A stretch of 64,000 nucleotides of DNA from Alphaproteobacteria bacterium. Lineage in GTDB: Bacteria > Pseudomonadota > Alphaproteobacteria > UBA9219. A model generated the notes under the pieces. It saw only the letters and a program-made list of their open reading frames with translations. It had not been told where the DNA came from and searched no databases. The position numbers were made by a program, and so were the translations under genes. The stretch is taken from assembly GCA_009779135.1 (NCBI GenBank), contig WREW01000004.1:13448-77447 (forward strand). Direction: 5' to 3'. Position 1 is the first letter of the stretch, and each line of letters begins with the position of its first letter. Shown piece after piece: positions 1 through 9,412 of the stretch.

Positions 1-256
1 GCGATAAACACCCGCCGCCCATAGCCCAGAAGGCTGTTTTTCTCTTTTCTTTATCGATGGTTTCTATGCTCCACCATCCCAATACGACTGTTGTTGTCAG
101 GATGATGCCCGGCAATCCCAAGACAGGCCCCGCTGCGCCCAGCACCGCAGCATTGGGAACAAAGCCTTTGGTGAACCCTTCAACATAGTTCAGCGGCGGG
201 CTAAGTTCCCTTTCCTTACACAGAAAGGCCGATAATTTTTTAAATCCGTTTTTCAT
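1..256 (-). CDS. Hypothetical membrane protein, 3'-truncated by the window edge; paralog of 36942..37475
   Basis: Not in the ORF track. My translation from the ATG at 256, which overlaps the RDD stop (TGATG): MKNGFKKLSAFLCKERELSPPLNYVEGFTKGFVPNAAVLGAAGPVLGLPGIILTTTVVLGWWS..., open to position 1, with hydrophobic segments. Confidence 0.7.
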   Translation of the reverse strand, partial: MKNGFKKLSAFLCKERELSPPLNYVEGFTKGFVPNAAVLGAAGPVLGLPGIILTTTVVLGWWSIETIDKEKRKTAFWAMGGGCLS

Positions 257-747
257 CATGAGCGACCACGAACCACAAGGGTTGCGGCCAAAAGATCATG
301 TAAAGCCTGTTTGCGCGGCATGAAAAAGGCCATCACAAAACCAAGCATCATGGGAAAAGCAGAAATATATTTACAAAAATAGCGCAAGGTGGCCTGACCG
401 AAGCTGATGCGCTTGCCGTCATAACCGGCAACGCGAAGGCCAAAAATCATTTTTCCGGGCGTTGCGCCGCGCGATGTGCTTTCAAACATGGCAAAGTAAA
501 TCCACTGCAGAAAGACATAAAAAAAGCCCGCTGTCGGAATGACGGCAATGCCGAGCCAAGCAAAAAACGGCCCCCACACCAACGCGCCGAGTATCGTTAA
601 AATATAAAGCGGCAACAGGGCAAGAACCATGATGAAGGCGATAAAAAGATCATCCAATATCATAGCAAAAAAGCGCGCGATCACAGAGCCGTAAGTCACG
701 GGATAAAATACGCCTGAAGGCGGAATGATGGTTTGTCGCTGGGCCAT
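256..747 (-). CDS. RDD family membrane protein
   Basis: ARFFAMILDD (R..D-D), TPGKMIFGLRV, RKQALHDLLAAT motifs. Confidence 0.9.
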   Translation of the reverse strand: MAQRQTIIPPSGVFYPVTYGSVIARFFAMILDDLFIAFIMVLALLPLYILTILGALVWGPFFAWLGIAVIPTAGFFYVFLQWIYFAMFESTSRGATPGKMIFGLRVAGYDGKRISFGQATLRYFCKYISAFPMMLGFVMAFFMPRKQALHDLLAATLVVRGRS

Positions 748-762
748 AATAAAACCTTTCTC

Positions 763-1425
763 TCATCGCAAAAGGATGCCGGAAATCATACGTCCTGTTT
801 CTTTTATACCTTGCTTGCAGCCGCGACGATAACTGAAAAAACGCGCCCCATCCTGATAAGTATCGGCCCCGCTCCACTCTACAGCCGCAAAGCCTTTACA
901 TTGAGCCATAAGAAAAGCCGGAAGGTCAAACAAAAGATACCCCGACGCCTGCGCGGGACGGAAAAAAACATGCGCGGATGCGTCAAAAGACTCCCTGAAA
1001 TCCTCCTGAACCTCATAAGAGGAAGGCCCGATACAAGGCCCTATGGCCGCCCGCAGGCGGTTGCGCTGCGCCCCCAGCGCCTCCATCGCCACAACGACAT
1101 GCTCAACAATGCCGCCCTTTGCCCCGCGCCATCCCGCATGCGCCGCGCCGCAAACCCGGGCCACAGGGTCTAAAAACAGCATGGGCGCGCAGTCCGCCGT
1201 GACAAGGCAAAGCGCAAGACCGGCTATGTCCGTGACCATCCCGTCCGCTTTGGGCCTGCCCTCAAAAGGGGCCGAAACCGTCAGCACCTCCGCCCCGTGA
1301 ACCTGATCGAGCAGCACAAGCCGCTCCACCCCAAAAAAAGCGGCAACGTCCGCGCTTTGAAAATCGCGCGTAAAAAACCCGTGCGGCACAGCCAGAAGAG
1401 AAGATTGGAGCGGCGCCGCCTTCAT
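763..1425 (-). CDS. pgeF: Peptidoglycan editing factor PgeF / purine nucleoside phosphorylase YfiH family
   Basis: HGFFTR, QVHGAEV, ADGMVT, VTADCAP, AAHAGWRGA, FFSYRR; start placed at the ATG overlapping the upstream stop (ATGA 1422-1425). Confidence 0.92.
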   Translation of the reverse strand: MKAAPLQSSLLAVPHGFFTRDFQSADVAAFFGVERLVLLDQVHGAEVLTVSAPFEGRPKADGMVTDIAGLALCLVTADCAPMLFLDPVARVCGAAHAGWRGAKGGIVEHVVVAMEALGAQRNRLRAAIGPCIGPSSYEVQEDFRESFDASAHVFFRPAQASGYLLFDLPAFLMAQCKGFAAVEWSGADTYQDGARFFSYRRGCKQGIKETGRMISGILLR

Positions 1426-2474
1426 GGAAATCCGCATACCTCTTTCCGATCCTGCGGCGTCAGGGCCATCACTTTAAACAAAGCGCCCATCTGATCCGGC
1501 GCCGTCAAACGGTGAACAGCGCTGTCTAAGAGAGCAGCCTCCTCGACATCCGCCGCAAGTTTAAGCTGCGCGGCCCTGATATCAATGCCCAGAGCCTGCA
1601 AAAAAGGCCCCTGCCCCACAATTTCAGTCACATGACAATTCTGCTTTTCAGCCGCCAGCGCCAGCGCGGAAAAATCAACATGCGCCGTCAGATCAACCTC
1701 GCCCACACGCTCCAGAGGATTCACAAGCCTGTGCGCCGATGTGGCTTGCAGCGTGTCCGCCCCGTCAGGATCGACATAACCGTAATCAATAAGAAGCGCC
1801 GCCCCGCCATAACGAGCAATATGCTGCGCAAGATCACGCACAAAACCTATGGCCTGAGGGCACACCTCATAAAAAGAAAGTGCATCCGGCAAAGGCAGCG
1901 CGACCGGCTTGGCCCCGACCACAAAGGCAAGAGCGCCGCCCTCGCGGCCAACGCACCGCTCATACCAGCCCTGTTCTGTTTTGATATATTGATGAATGGG
2001 CAGCGCATCGAAAAACTCATTGGCCAAAGCCAGAACAGGCATGGGCGGCAAAGCTTCAGGCCCTGCGATATACTCAAGCTCATAGGGCGCCAAAACCTCC
2101 TTCTGGCGCGCGCGTAAAGTGGCATTGCTCTCCATCAAACAAAGGCGCATGGCCTTGTGAAATCCCTCGACGCGCTGCGTGGCGCGTAAAACATCCACCA
2201 TCAGCGTGCCGCGCCCGGGGCCCATTTCAAACAGCGCAAAAGGAGCCGGCCTTCCGGCCATTTTCCACATCTCAACGCACCAGAGCCCCAAAAGCTCGCC
2301 GAAAATCTGACTGATCTCAGGCGCCGTGACAAAATCGCCCCCCGCCCCCAAAGGATCGTCCTTGGCATAATAGCCATAATCCGGATGATGAAGCGCCAAT
2401 TGCATAAATTGAGCCACCGTCAAAGGCCCGTCCGCCTCAAGGCAAGTTTCGACAAGCTCTTCAAGTTCCCGCAT
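1422..2474 (-). CDS. Class I SAM-dependent methyltransferase, MidA/NDUFAF7 family
   Basis: GDFVTAPEISQIFGE, EMGPGRGTLM, ANEFFDALP, DLTAHVDF, MGALFKV; usual position between lgt and pgeF. Confidence 0.92.
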   Translation of the reverse strand: MRELEELVETCLEADGPLTVAQFMQLALHHPDYGYYAKDDPLGAGGDFVTAPEISQIFGELLGLWCVEMWKMAGRPAPFALFEMGPGRGTLMVDVLRATQRVEGFHKAMRLCLMESNATLRARQKEVLAPYELEYIAGPEALPPMPVLALANEFFDALPIHQYIKTEQGWYERCVGREGGALAFVVGAKPVALPLPDALSFYEVCPQAIGFVRDLAQHIARYGGAALLIDYGYVDPDGADTLQATSAHRLVNPLERVGEVDLTAHVDFSALALAAEKQNCHVTEIVGQGPFLQALGIDIRAAQLKLAADVEEAALLDSAVHRLTAPDQMGALFKVMALTPQDRKEVCGFP

Positions 2475-3309
2475 AAAGCCCCTCTTTCTTTTTTCCCTGT
2501 TTTTTCCTGCGATAGCGCATCAGCGACCAGCCTATAAGATAAAGCCCGCAAAGCAGCATGGGAAGGCACAAAAGCTGCCCCATCGTCATGCCGCCAAATA
2601 AAAAGCCGAGCTGCGCATCCGGCTCGCGGAAGAACTCAAGCACAAAGCGCGCAATGGCGTAAACGGCCAGAAACACCCCCGAAAGAAAGCCGGGCCGGTT
2701 GGGAACCCAGCGCAGGCGGCAAAGCACCATCATCACGATAAAGAGCAGCAGCCCCTCAAGACCGGCCTCATAAAGTTGGCTCGGATGGCGGGGAATATCG
2801 CCGCCATGAGGGAACACGACAGCCCAAGGCATATCACTGGCACGGCCCCACAGCTCGCCATTGACAAAATTGGCCATGCGCCCAAGAAAAAGCCCGATCG
2901 GCGCCACGCAGGCCAGAATATCCGTAAAAGCCCAAAAGGAACGCTTATGCACGCGCGTAAAGCCAAAGGCCGCCGCAATCACGCCCAGCAGCCCGCCGTG
3001 AAAGGACATCCCACCATGCCAGAGCTTCAAAATCTCAAGAGGATGAGCGGCATAATAATCAAACTGATAAAACAAAACATAACCAAGCCGCCCGCCCAGA
3101 AGCGTCCCGATCACAGCCCAGCTTAAAAACAGCTCAAAATCATCCGGTTGAGGCCGCATCTTGGCCTTGTAAAAACGCGCAAAGCGCCGCGCCAACACCT
3201 TGCACATCCAAAGCCCCAAAATAAAACCGGCCAAATAAGCCAAAGCGTACCAGCGGATCTCCAAAGGCCCTATAGTAAAGAAAACAGGATCAAGCGAGGG
3301 AAACGGCAT
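2461..3309 (-). CDS. lgt: Prolipoprotein diacylglyceryl transferase
   Basis: IRWYALAY, GGRLGYVLFY, WHGGMSFHGG, GRMANFVNGELWGR, RHPSQLYE, EFFREPD. Confidence 0.97.
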   Translation of the reverse strand: MPFPSLDPVFFTIGPLEIRWYALAYLAGFILGLWMCKVLARRFARFYKAKMRPQPDDFELFLSWAVIGTLLGGRLGYVLFYQFDYYAAHPLEILKLWHGGMSFHGGLLGVIAAAFGFTRVHKRSFWAFTDILACVAPIGLFLGRMANFVNGELWGRASDMPWAVVFPHGGDIPRHPSQLYEAGLEGLLLFIVMMVLCRLRWVPNRPGFLSGVFLAVYAIARFVLEFFREPDAQLGFLFGGMTMGQLLCLPMLLCGLYLIGWSLMRYRRKKQGKKKEGLYAGT

Positions 3310-3376
3310 AAGATTCCACAAAAAAATGGACAGGGCTCCTTCTTATAGCCTATTGTGCGCCAAAAGGAAAAGGCAG

Positions 3377-3649
3377 ATGAAACCCCATCAGGATAACCTC
3401 TACACCCTCAGCGAAATGCTTGCGCAGGCGCAGACAATCCTTACGGGGCTTGTGCGCAACAAGCGCGATGATCTGGCGCAGGCCATGGATCTCGTGACGC
3501 GCAAGGAGTTTGACACAGCTCTGGCCATGATTCAAAAAGCGCGCCAGAAACAAACGGAAATCGAAAAACGGCTCAAGGCGATTGAGGGAAAAATGACTCT
3601 GTCAAGCACACAATCGCCCCAAAAGAAAAAACAAATCCGGCGTTCGTAG
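3377..3649 (+). CDS. ubiK: Accessory factor UbiK (BMFP) family protein
   Basis: MDLVTRKEFD...ARQKQTEIEKRLKAIE coiled coil; divergent from lgt as in other alphaproteobacteria; start trimmed to ATG 3377 after AAGG. Confidence 0.8.
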   Translation: MKPHQDNLYTLSEMLAQAQTILTGLVRNKRDDLAQAMDLVTRKEFDTALAMIQKARQKQTEIEKRLKAIEGKMTLSSTQSPQKKKQIRRS

Positions 3650-3899
3650 AATCTTTACTTTTTGTTAATTTATCAAACAGTTACCAAAAGATGAAGACGG
3701 CTTTCAACCGCCTGATATGATTCGAGAATAAAGAGGGCTTCCGGCCCGTCCGCTTTCGCAAGGATTCAAAAAAACCACGATAAAGTGTGACTCAAACCAC
3801 ACGGGCATCCACCCTGTCGGGAAGAAGGTGCCTACGCCCCTTGCGGCGCAAGAAAAGCGTTTGTTAGATTCATGCTGTTGTCAATAAAAAGGCCGGATC

Positions 3900-4403
3900 A
3901 TGACCCTTTTCTCTTTGCAAGAACAGCCTGCGGCACATAATCCTCTTGATATTGTCGAGGAAATCGTAACCGCGAATGAGTGGCTTTTTGACCGCGCCAA
4001 TGAAGATGAGCTGGTGGTGGAGCTGGCCGGACGCTGGTGTCACTATCGCATGTATTTCGTCTGGCAGCGCGAAGTGGGCGCCTTGCAGTTTTCCTGTCAG
4101 TTCGACATGCGCGTCCCTGACGGCAAGCGCGGTGATGTGAATGATCTTTTGTCGCTGCTCAACAACCGGCTGTGGCTTGGGCATTTTGACCTTGACCACC
4201 AGCAAAACGCGCCCCTGTTCCGCTATACGGTACTGGCCCGCAGCGATCGCCTTCCGGGCGTTGAAACCTTTGAAGATCTGGTCGAAATCGCCCTGACGGA
4301 GTGCGAGCGTTTTTACCCTGCATTCCAGTTCGTTGTCTGGGGCGGCAAACACCCGAGTGAGGCCATTGTAGCGGCCATGATCGACACCGTAGGCCAAGCC
4401 TGA
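3900..4403 (+). CDS. YbjN domain (DUF1790) protein
   Basis: NPLDIVEEI...W.FDR...DEL, NNRLWLGHFD, ECERFYPAFQFVVWGGK. Confidence 0.9.
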   Translation: MTLFSLQEQPAAHNPLDIVEEIVTANEWLFDRANEDELVVELAGRWCHYRMYFVWQREVGALQFSCQFDMRVPDGKRGDVNDLLSLLNNRLWLGHFDLDHQQNAPLFRYTVLARSDRLPGVETFEDLVEIALTECERFYPAFQFVVWGGKHPSEAIVAAMIDTVGQA

Positions 4404-4656
4404 TTTCACATACAACACACGAATCAAAAAAATGCGTCTTGAAAGGCCGTTTTTTGCCTTGCCCTTTTTCTTTTCCGTGTATCTGGTGAAAAATCAAAGG
4501 ATTAGAAAAAAATAATGGTGTAAAAAAGGGCGTGACAAATTGGTTAAAACGCGGCATAGTCTCACAAGCGTTAACCATAACGCTGTCCTTTCCTAACAAG
4601 GCGTTCTGCCTTGGACTTTTTTCTGTGCCGGTTCCACTCCATAAATGAGGATCTCC

Positions 4657-5181
4657 ATGTCCAACCCGCAAAATCCCTTCTTCGATACAGATTTCTCGAA
4701 GTTTTTCGATATGTCCCAATATGACCTTTCCAAGTTCATGGACATGTCAAAGTTCGGCTTTCCTGCGGCTGGCTGCTGCAAAAACGGCCTAGACACAAGC
4801 GCTTGCCCCTGCCCGATGCCGATGCCCAAGATGGACATTGAAACCGTTCTGGCCGCCCAGCGTAAGGGGTTGGAAACGATCACGGCCGCCAACCAAAAAG
4901 CCCTTGAAGGGATGCAGGACTATATGCGCCGTCAGGCTGAACTTGCGCGCAAGAACTTTGAGTCCACAAGCAAGCTGGTCAAGGACGTCATGGAAGCCTC
5001 CACGCCGGAGGAAAAAATGACGCGCCAGATCAACGGCATCAAGGAAGCCGTAACCGGCTGCGTCAATAATTTGAAAGAGCTTTCAACGCTCCTGTCGCAA
5101 AACAGCATCCAGACCATGGATGCGATCAGCGCAGCCGTAAATGAAAGCATGGATCAGCTCCAAAAAGGCCTTAGCAAGTAA
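4657..5181 (+). CDS. Phasin family protein (PHA granule-associated)
   Basis: DIETVLAAQRKGLETITAANQKALEG...MRRQAEL; GAGGA RBS before ATG 4657; phaC present in the window. Confidence 0.85.
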   Translation: MSNPQNPFFDTDFSKFFDMSQYDLSKFMDMSKFGFPAAGCCKNGLDTSACPCPMPMPKMDIETVLAAQRKGLETITAANQKALEGMQDYMRRQAELARKNFESTSKLVKDVMEASTPEEKMTRQINGIKEAVTGCVNNLKELSTLLSQNSIQTMDAISAAVNESMDQLQKGLSK

Positions 5182-5202
5182 GGCTTCAAGCTTCTTTTCT
5201 CT

Positions 5203-5344
5203 CGTCATCCGCGCGGGCTTGCGAAGCAAGCCACAAAAAAACTGTCATCGGCAGGAAGGCCTTCAGGCTTGACGCGGCAATCTCTGCAACATCGCCGAGA
5301 TTGCCGCGTCAAGCCGGCTACGGCCGTCTTTCCTCGCAATGACA
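5203..5344. repeat. Composite palindromic element: left half of a family-A repeat (5203-5232) plus a full family-B repeat (5243-5344)
   Basis: TGTCATCGGCAGG...CCTCGCAATGACA ends; perfect 16-bp internal stem TTGACGCGGCAATCTC/GAGATTGCCGCGTCAA; similar to the reverse complement of 61613-61708; lies between convergent phasin and mscS. Confidence 0.88.
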
Positions 5345-5348
5345 TCAT

Positions 5349-7592
5349 TTATGTAACCGGCTTCTCCACCGGAACAGGCGGCACCGTGTTTTCCAAAGGA
5401 TCTTGCTTGGGCACAACGCCCGGCGGGTAAGGCATGCGGAAGGCGGCACTGCCCATACCTGCGGATTTGCCGCCGGCCTGAACCACCGTAGGCAGCGGGA
5501 AGGAAAGCCTTTCCGCATCAAACGCCTTTTTAATGCGCAGCAGATAGGCGCGCTTGACTTTCCATTGATCCCCGGGCGTCGTGCGAATGCGCGCGCGGAT
5601 GGTGATGGAATATTCGCCCAGATTATTAACACCCAAAATCTCAATATCATCGAGGATCATACGGCCAAGCGCGGGATCTTTGCGCATGGCCACGCCCGTC
5701 TTGCGGATCACTTCCATGGCATGGTCGATATCGCTGTCATAAGTGATCGCAATATCCAAAACCGCCTGCGAGAAAACCTTAGAAAGGTTTGTAATGGTCG
5801 TGATCGAACTGAACGGTACCACATGCATCCCGCCGTCCGCGCTGCGCAGCCGAACCGTGCGGATGGAGATATCCTCAACCACGCCTGTTAAATCGGCAAT
5901 GGTCACCGTCTCGCCGATGCCGATGCTGTCTTCAAGAATGATGGAAAGGCCCGTCAGCAAATCCTTGATAAGATTCTGCGCGCCAAAACCGATTGCTACG
6001 CCCAAAACACCGGCACCGGCCAGCAAAGGAGCAACATTGATGCCAAGCTCGCCAAGGACAACCACGCCGACAATAAAGGCCAGAACCATAACGGCGATTT
6101 TCTGAACCATCGGCAAAAGCGTGCGCGCGCGTGCGTTGGTGGCAAGAAGATTGCCGTTTCTGTCGCGCTGGTCGATCTTGCTGTGAATAGCGCGAAAGAT
6201 AATCTCATAAACAAACACAACGGCAATGATGGTCGTGCTGATCGTCAAAGCCGATCCCATAAGGCGCCGCCCCAAAGGCCCTGACAGAAAATACGGCACA
6301 TCAAACTGCCACGAGGCCAGAATACCGAATACAGCCACCGTCCATATAAGGATCTTGGCCAAAAGCACCATAACGGCGCGGCTAAGCCCTGAATCCAAAG
6401 CATCCGGCCTTTTCTTATGCGCCACGCGGGAAAGGACATAAAAACAAAGCTGCACGAAAAGAAGCGATAAAATCGTCCCGATCGTGCCGAGCTGCATAGC
6501 GGGAAAACCGTTGCCGCCGAGTACGGCCACCATATAGCCTATAACCAGATAAGCAATGGCCAGACTGTGCCAGTGGCGCGCAAACCAAAGACGCGAGATT
6601 CCAAGAAAGGAAAGATGGCTTTGCGCCGCTGACAACTCGCCACGGATAAAAGTCGCAATGGAGGCGCGCTTTTGGATAATGACCGTGATGGCCATGCTCA
6701 CAACAATCAAACCGGCCAGATCGCGGAATCCTTTGACGGCATCGTGAGGAAGGCGGAAAACAACGGCAAGCTCGGACAGGAACGCGGCAAAAACAATCAC
6801 AACGGCAAAAAGCATGATCCAGTGATGTATATAATAAGCCAAAGGCGTTGAGATGGGCAAAAAGCGCAAGTTAGGCACATGCGGCGCAAAGAAGAAACAT
6901 AAGAAAACACGGACAAGCTGAACAATGGTCAGCGCGTAAACAAAGCTCATCACAACAAGCTCGGTCTGGTGTCCGATATGAAGCTTGCCCGCAAAAACAA
7001 CAGCGGTGCTGATTCCGGCTATAATCGGCAGCAAGGAAAGCGCGCCCAGCACGCCCATGCCTTTCAAGCGCGCATTTGAATGGGGGCGGTCTTTACGGCA
7101 GATATAAAGGCGCAAGGGGCGTAAAACAAAACTCACCAGAAAAGCAACCAGCGAGGCAAGGCCGAGGATAATCAGAAAATCTTTCAATCCCGTCAGAAAG
7201 GCCCCTCTGTTTTCTTCCTTCCTGATTTCATCCATAAACCAAAGCGCAAGCTTGGGCACGGCGTAAAAGCTCGAAGCCAGTCTTTTGGTTTGCTGCATGA
7301 TCTCATTCGTGACCTCCAGCACCAGACTTAAAGCGTGGGTTCCGAATGTTTCCTCAAGCTCGATTTCATGGACGGTGCTGGCGATTTTGTTGCTCAAAGG
7401 TACAATCGCAGGCTCTTGCGCGGTGTCTTCCTGTTCATCAGCATCCTGCACGGCCTCAATCTTTTGTATGGCTGTTTTATTTTCAGCAAACACCAGCCCC
7501 GGCAAAGCGCCAAAGGACGCAAAGCTCGCAGATACGCCGGACAGCAAAAACAACACCGCCAGCACAAGACAACAACAAACGCGCCGCATCAC
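5349..7592 (-). CDS. Large MscS-family mechanosensitive channel (YbiO-like)
   Basis: N-terminal signal and many TM helices; C-terminal PLLAGAGVLGVAIGFGAQNLIKD, GETVTI...GVVEDISIRTVRLR, VPFSSI. Confidence 0.93.
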   Translation of the reverse strand: MMRRVCCCLVLAVLFLLSGVSASFASFGALPGLVFAENKTAIQKIEAVQDADEQEDTAQEPAIVPLSNKIASTVHEIELEETFGTHALSLVLEVTNEIMQQTKRLASSFYAVPKLALWFMDEIRKEENRGAFLTGLKDFLIILGLASLVAFLVSFVLRPLRLYICRKDRPHSNARLKGMGVLGALSLLPIIAGISTAVVFAGKLHIGHQTELVVMSFVYALTIVQLVRVFLCFFFAPHVPNLRFLPISTPLAYYIHHWIMLFAVVIVFAAFLSELAVVFRLPHDAVKGFRDLAGLIVVSMAITVIIQKRASIATFIRGELSAAQSHLSFLGISRLWFARHWHSLAIAYLVIGYMVAVLGGNGFPAMQLGTIGTILSLLFVQLCFYVLSRVAHKKRPDALDSGLSRAVMVLLAKILIWTVAVFGILASWQFDVPYFLSGPLGRRLMGSALTISTTIIAVVFVYEIIFRAIHSKIDQRDRNGNLLATNARARTLLPMVQKIAVMVLAFIVGVVVLGELGINVAPLLAGAGVLGVAIGFGAQNLIKDLLTGLSIILEDSIGIGETVTIADLTGVVEDISIRTVRLRSADGGMHVVPFSSITTITNLSKVFSQAVLDIAITYDSDIDHAMEVIRKTGVAMRKDPALGRMILDDIEILGVNNLGEYSITIRARIRTTPGDQWKVKRAYLLRIKKAFDAERLSFPLPTVVQAGGKSAGMGSAAFRMPYPPGVVPKQDPLENTVPPVPVEKPVT

Positions 7593-7787
7593 GCCCTCCC
7601 TATGATTCCAACAGCTGTCTTAGCAGAAAAAAAGACAAAAGTGTAGGCGCCGCAAAACAGGCGGAAATATGTCAAAAACCTGTAAAAAGAGCCTTCTTTC
7701 GCCTCTTTGTCGCTTTTCGCTTGAAAAACCGCGCAAGCGCGGCCAATAATACCTTCTGAAACGCAACTTTTTATATGAGGAACTCCC

Positions 7788-8501
7788 ATGGTCAATCCCT
7801 TTATGCCCTCCACCAGCACGTCAACGCGGACGATCACGCTTGACCAGGGCCTGCGGCAACATATGATGCGCGTTTATAACTATATGGGCATCGGCCTTAT
7901 CCTGACGGGCCTTGTCGCTTATATTGTTGCCAACACGGCGCTTGCGGGCCTTATCTTCGGCGGCAACAAGCTTGTGGCCTACGCGGCAATGTTCTCCCCG
8001 CTTGTCTATATCATGGTCATGAGCTGGAAGATGCACAAAGTATCCGCCTCAACAGCCCAGACGCTTTTCTGGGGCTTTTGCGCGCTGATGGGCCTTTCCA
8101 TGAGCACCATCTTTCTGGCCTTTACGGAAACCTCGATCGCGCGGGCGTTCTTTATCACAGCCGGCACCTTTATGGGGATGAGCCTTTGGGGCTACACAAC
8201 CAAAAAAGATCTGACGAGCATGGGATCCTTTTTGATGATGGGCGTGATCGGCATCCTTCTCGCCATGATCGTCAATATTTTCATGCAGTCCGATATGATG
8301 CAGTGGATTGTCTCGGTTCTCGGCGTTGCGATCTTTACGGGTCTGACGGCCTATGACACCCAGAACATCAAGCGCTCTTATAGCGAAAGGCTTCCTCAGG
8401 AAACCAACAACAAGCTCGCCGTGATGGGCGCGCTGCGTCTTTATCTGAACTTCATCAACGCCTTCCAATTCCTCCTCAGCCTGATGGGGAATAGGAACTG
8501 A
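7788..8501 (+). CDS. Bax inhibitor-1/YccA family membrane protein
   Basis: DQGLRQHMMRVYNYM, AYDTQNIK, GALRLYLNFINAF; GAGGA RBS. Confidence 0.93.
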   Translation: MVNPFMPSTSTSTRTITLDQGLRQHMMRVYNYMGIGLILTGLVAYIVANTALAGLIFGGNKLVAYAAMFSPLVYIMVMSWKMHKVSASTAQTLFWGFCALMGLSMSTIFLAFTETSIARAFFITAGTFMGMSLWGYTTKKDLTSMGSFLMMGVIGILLAMIVNIFMQSDMMQWIVSVLGVAIFTGLTAYDTQNIKRSYSERLPQETNNKLAVMGALRLYLNFINAFQFLLSLMGNRN

Positions 8502-8515
8502 AATCAACGCATAAC

Positions 8516-8550
8516 AAAAGGCCCGTAAAGTTTCTTTGCGGGCCTTTTTT
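8516..8550. terminator. Bidirectional intrinsic terminator
   Basis: AAAAGGCCCGTAAAG-TTT-CTTTGCGGGCCTTTTTT between convergent genes. Confidence 0.85.
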
Positions 8551-8564
8551 ATTTCATGAGCCTG

Positions 8565-9242
8565 TTATTGTATGCTGAGGACTTGGAAGAAATAATATCC
8601 TTCGGGCACGTTATTGCTGTCATCAAGGCGCACACAGCCCATCTGCTTGCCGCGTAATTTTAACGGCCAAGCATCCGTGGCATCCATCGCAAACTGCTCT
8701 TGTGAGGTAATATCGCCAAGCGAAACGCGCGTACGGTTAAGGTCGTTGATGTCGATCTGGGCAAGTCCGACAATGCGGGAATTGATTTCATCACAAACGC
8801 CCTTTTGAACGCGCAGCATGGCAACGCGCGAACCGGCACCGGTACCAAGACGCGGAATAGCAATCAAGGGGAAATGCCATTCATCCGTAGTCGGATCAGC
8901 CCCCATGGTCGTCGAAGGCGGCGAGATTCCGCCACCGATCGGTGAAAAAAGATCCTCAGGCTGACTTGTTGAATCGGGGTCAATCCGGATGTCTGAAATA
9001 TCGATGCCATTGGACATGATGCGGTCAAACCCGATCCTAAGAGTTTGCCCGATATCCACCAAAGCAGCAGCCTTGGCGCGGTTGCCTTCACTTGTCGCGT
9101 TGGTTGTAAACGAGCCGCTGCCGGCCGCGATCGCCGCAGCCAAAATCCCCAGAACGGCGATGATGAACAAAATAGGGCCAATGGCAATACCAGCATCGCG
9201 ATCGAACCGCTGTTCGTCTTGAGATGATGGTATATAAAGCAT
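8565..9242 (-). CDS. Atypical type IV pilin-like protein (no Glu+5)
   Basis: RDAG|IAIGPILFIIAVLGILAAAIAAG resembles a class III signal peptide; two Cys in the C-terminal domain; last gene of the filament operon; alternative start 9278. Confidence 0.65.
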   Translation of the reverse strand: MLYIPSSQDEQRFDRDAGIAIGPILFIIAVLGILAAAIAAGSGSFTTNATSEGNRAKAAALVDIGQTLRIGFDRIMSNGIDISDIRIDPDSTSQPEDLFSPIGGGISPPSTTMGADPTTDEWHFPLIAIPRLGTGAGSRVAMLRVQKGVCDEINSRIVGLAQIDINDLNRTRVSLGDITSQEQFAMDATDAWPLKLRGKQMGCVRLDDSNNVPEGYYFFQVLSIQ

Positions 9243-9306
9243 CCTGATCCCCTGTTCCAAACCGACTTTCATACGCAAGTCCGATAGTAATCATAAAGCA
9301 AGAATC

Positions 9307-9321
9307 TTAACCAAAACTTAT
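9307..9321. promoter_or_regulatory. Near-consensus CtrA box
   Basis: TTAA-CCAAAAC-TTAT (one mismatch to TTAA-N7-TTAA), 65 nt upstream of the pilin-like gene. Confidence 0.45.
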
Positions 9322-9412
9322 CTTACAAACGCTGATTCGCGTCTGAAAAACAAAGCCTCGGGCCCGCCGCCATGGAAGACAATTTCCCCTCGAAAGTCAA
9401 CCGGATTGATAC

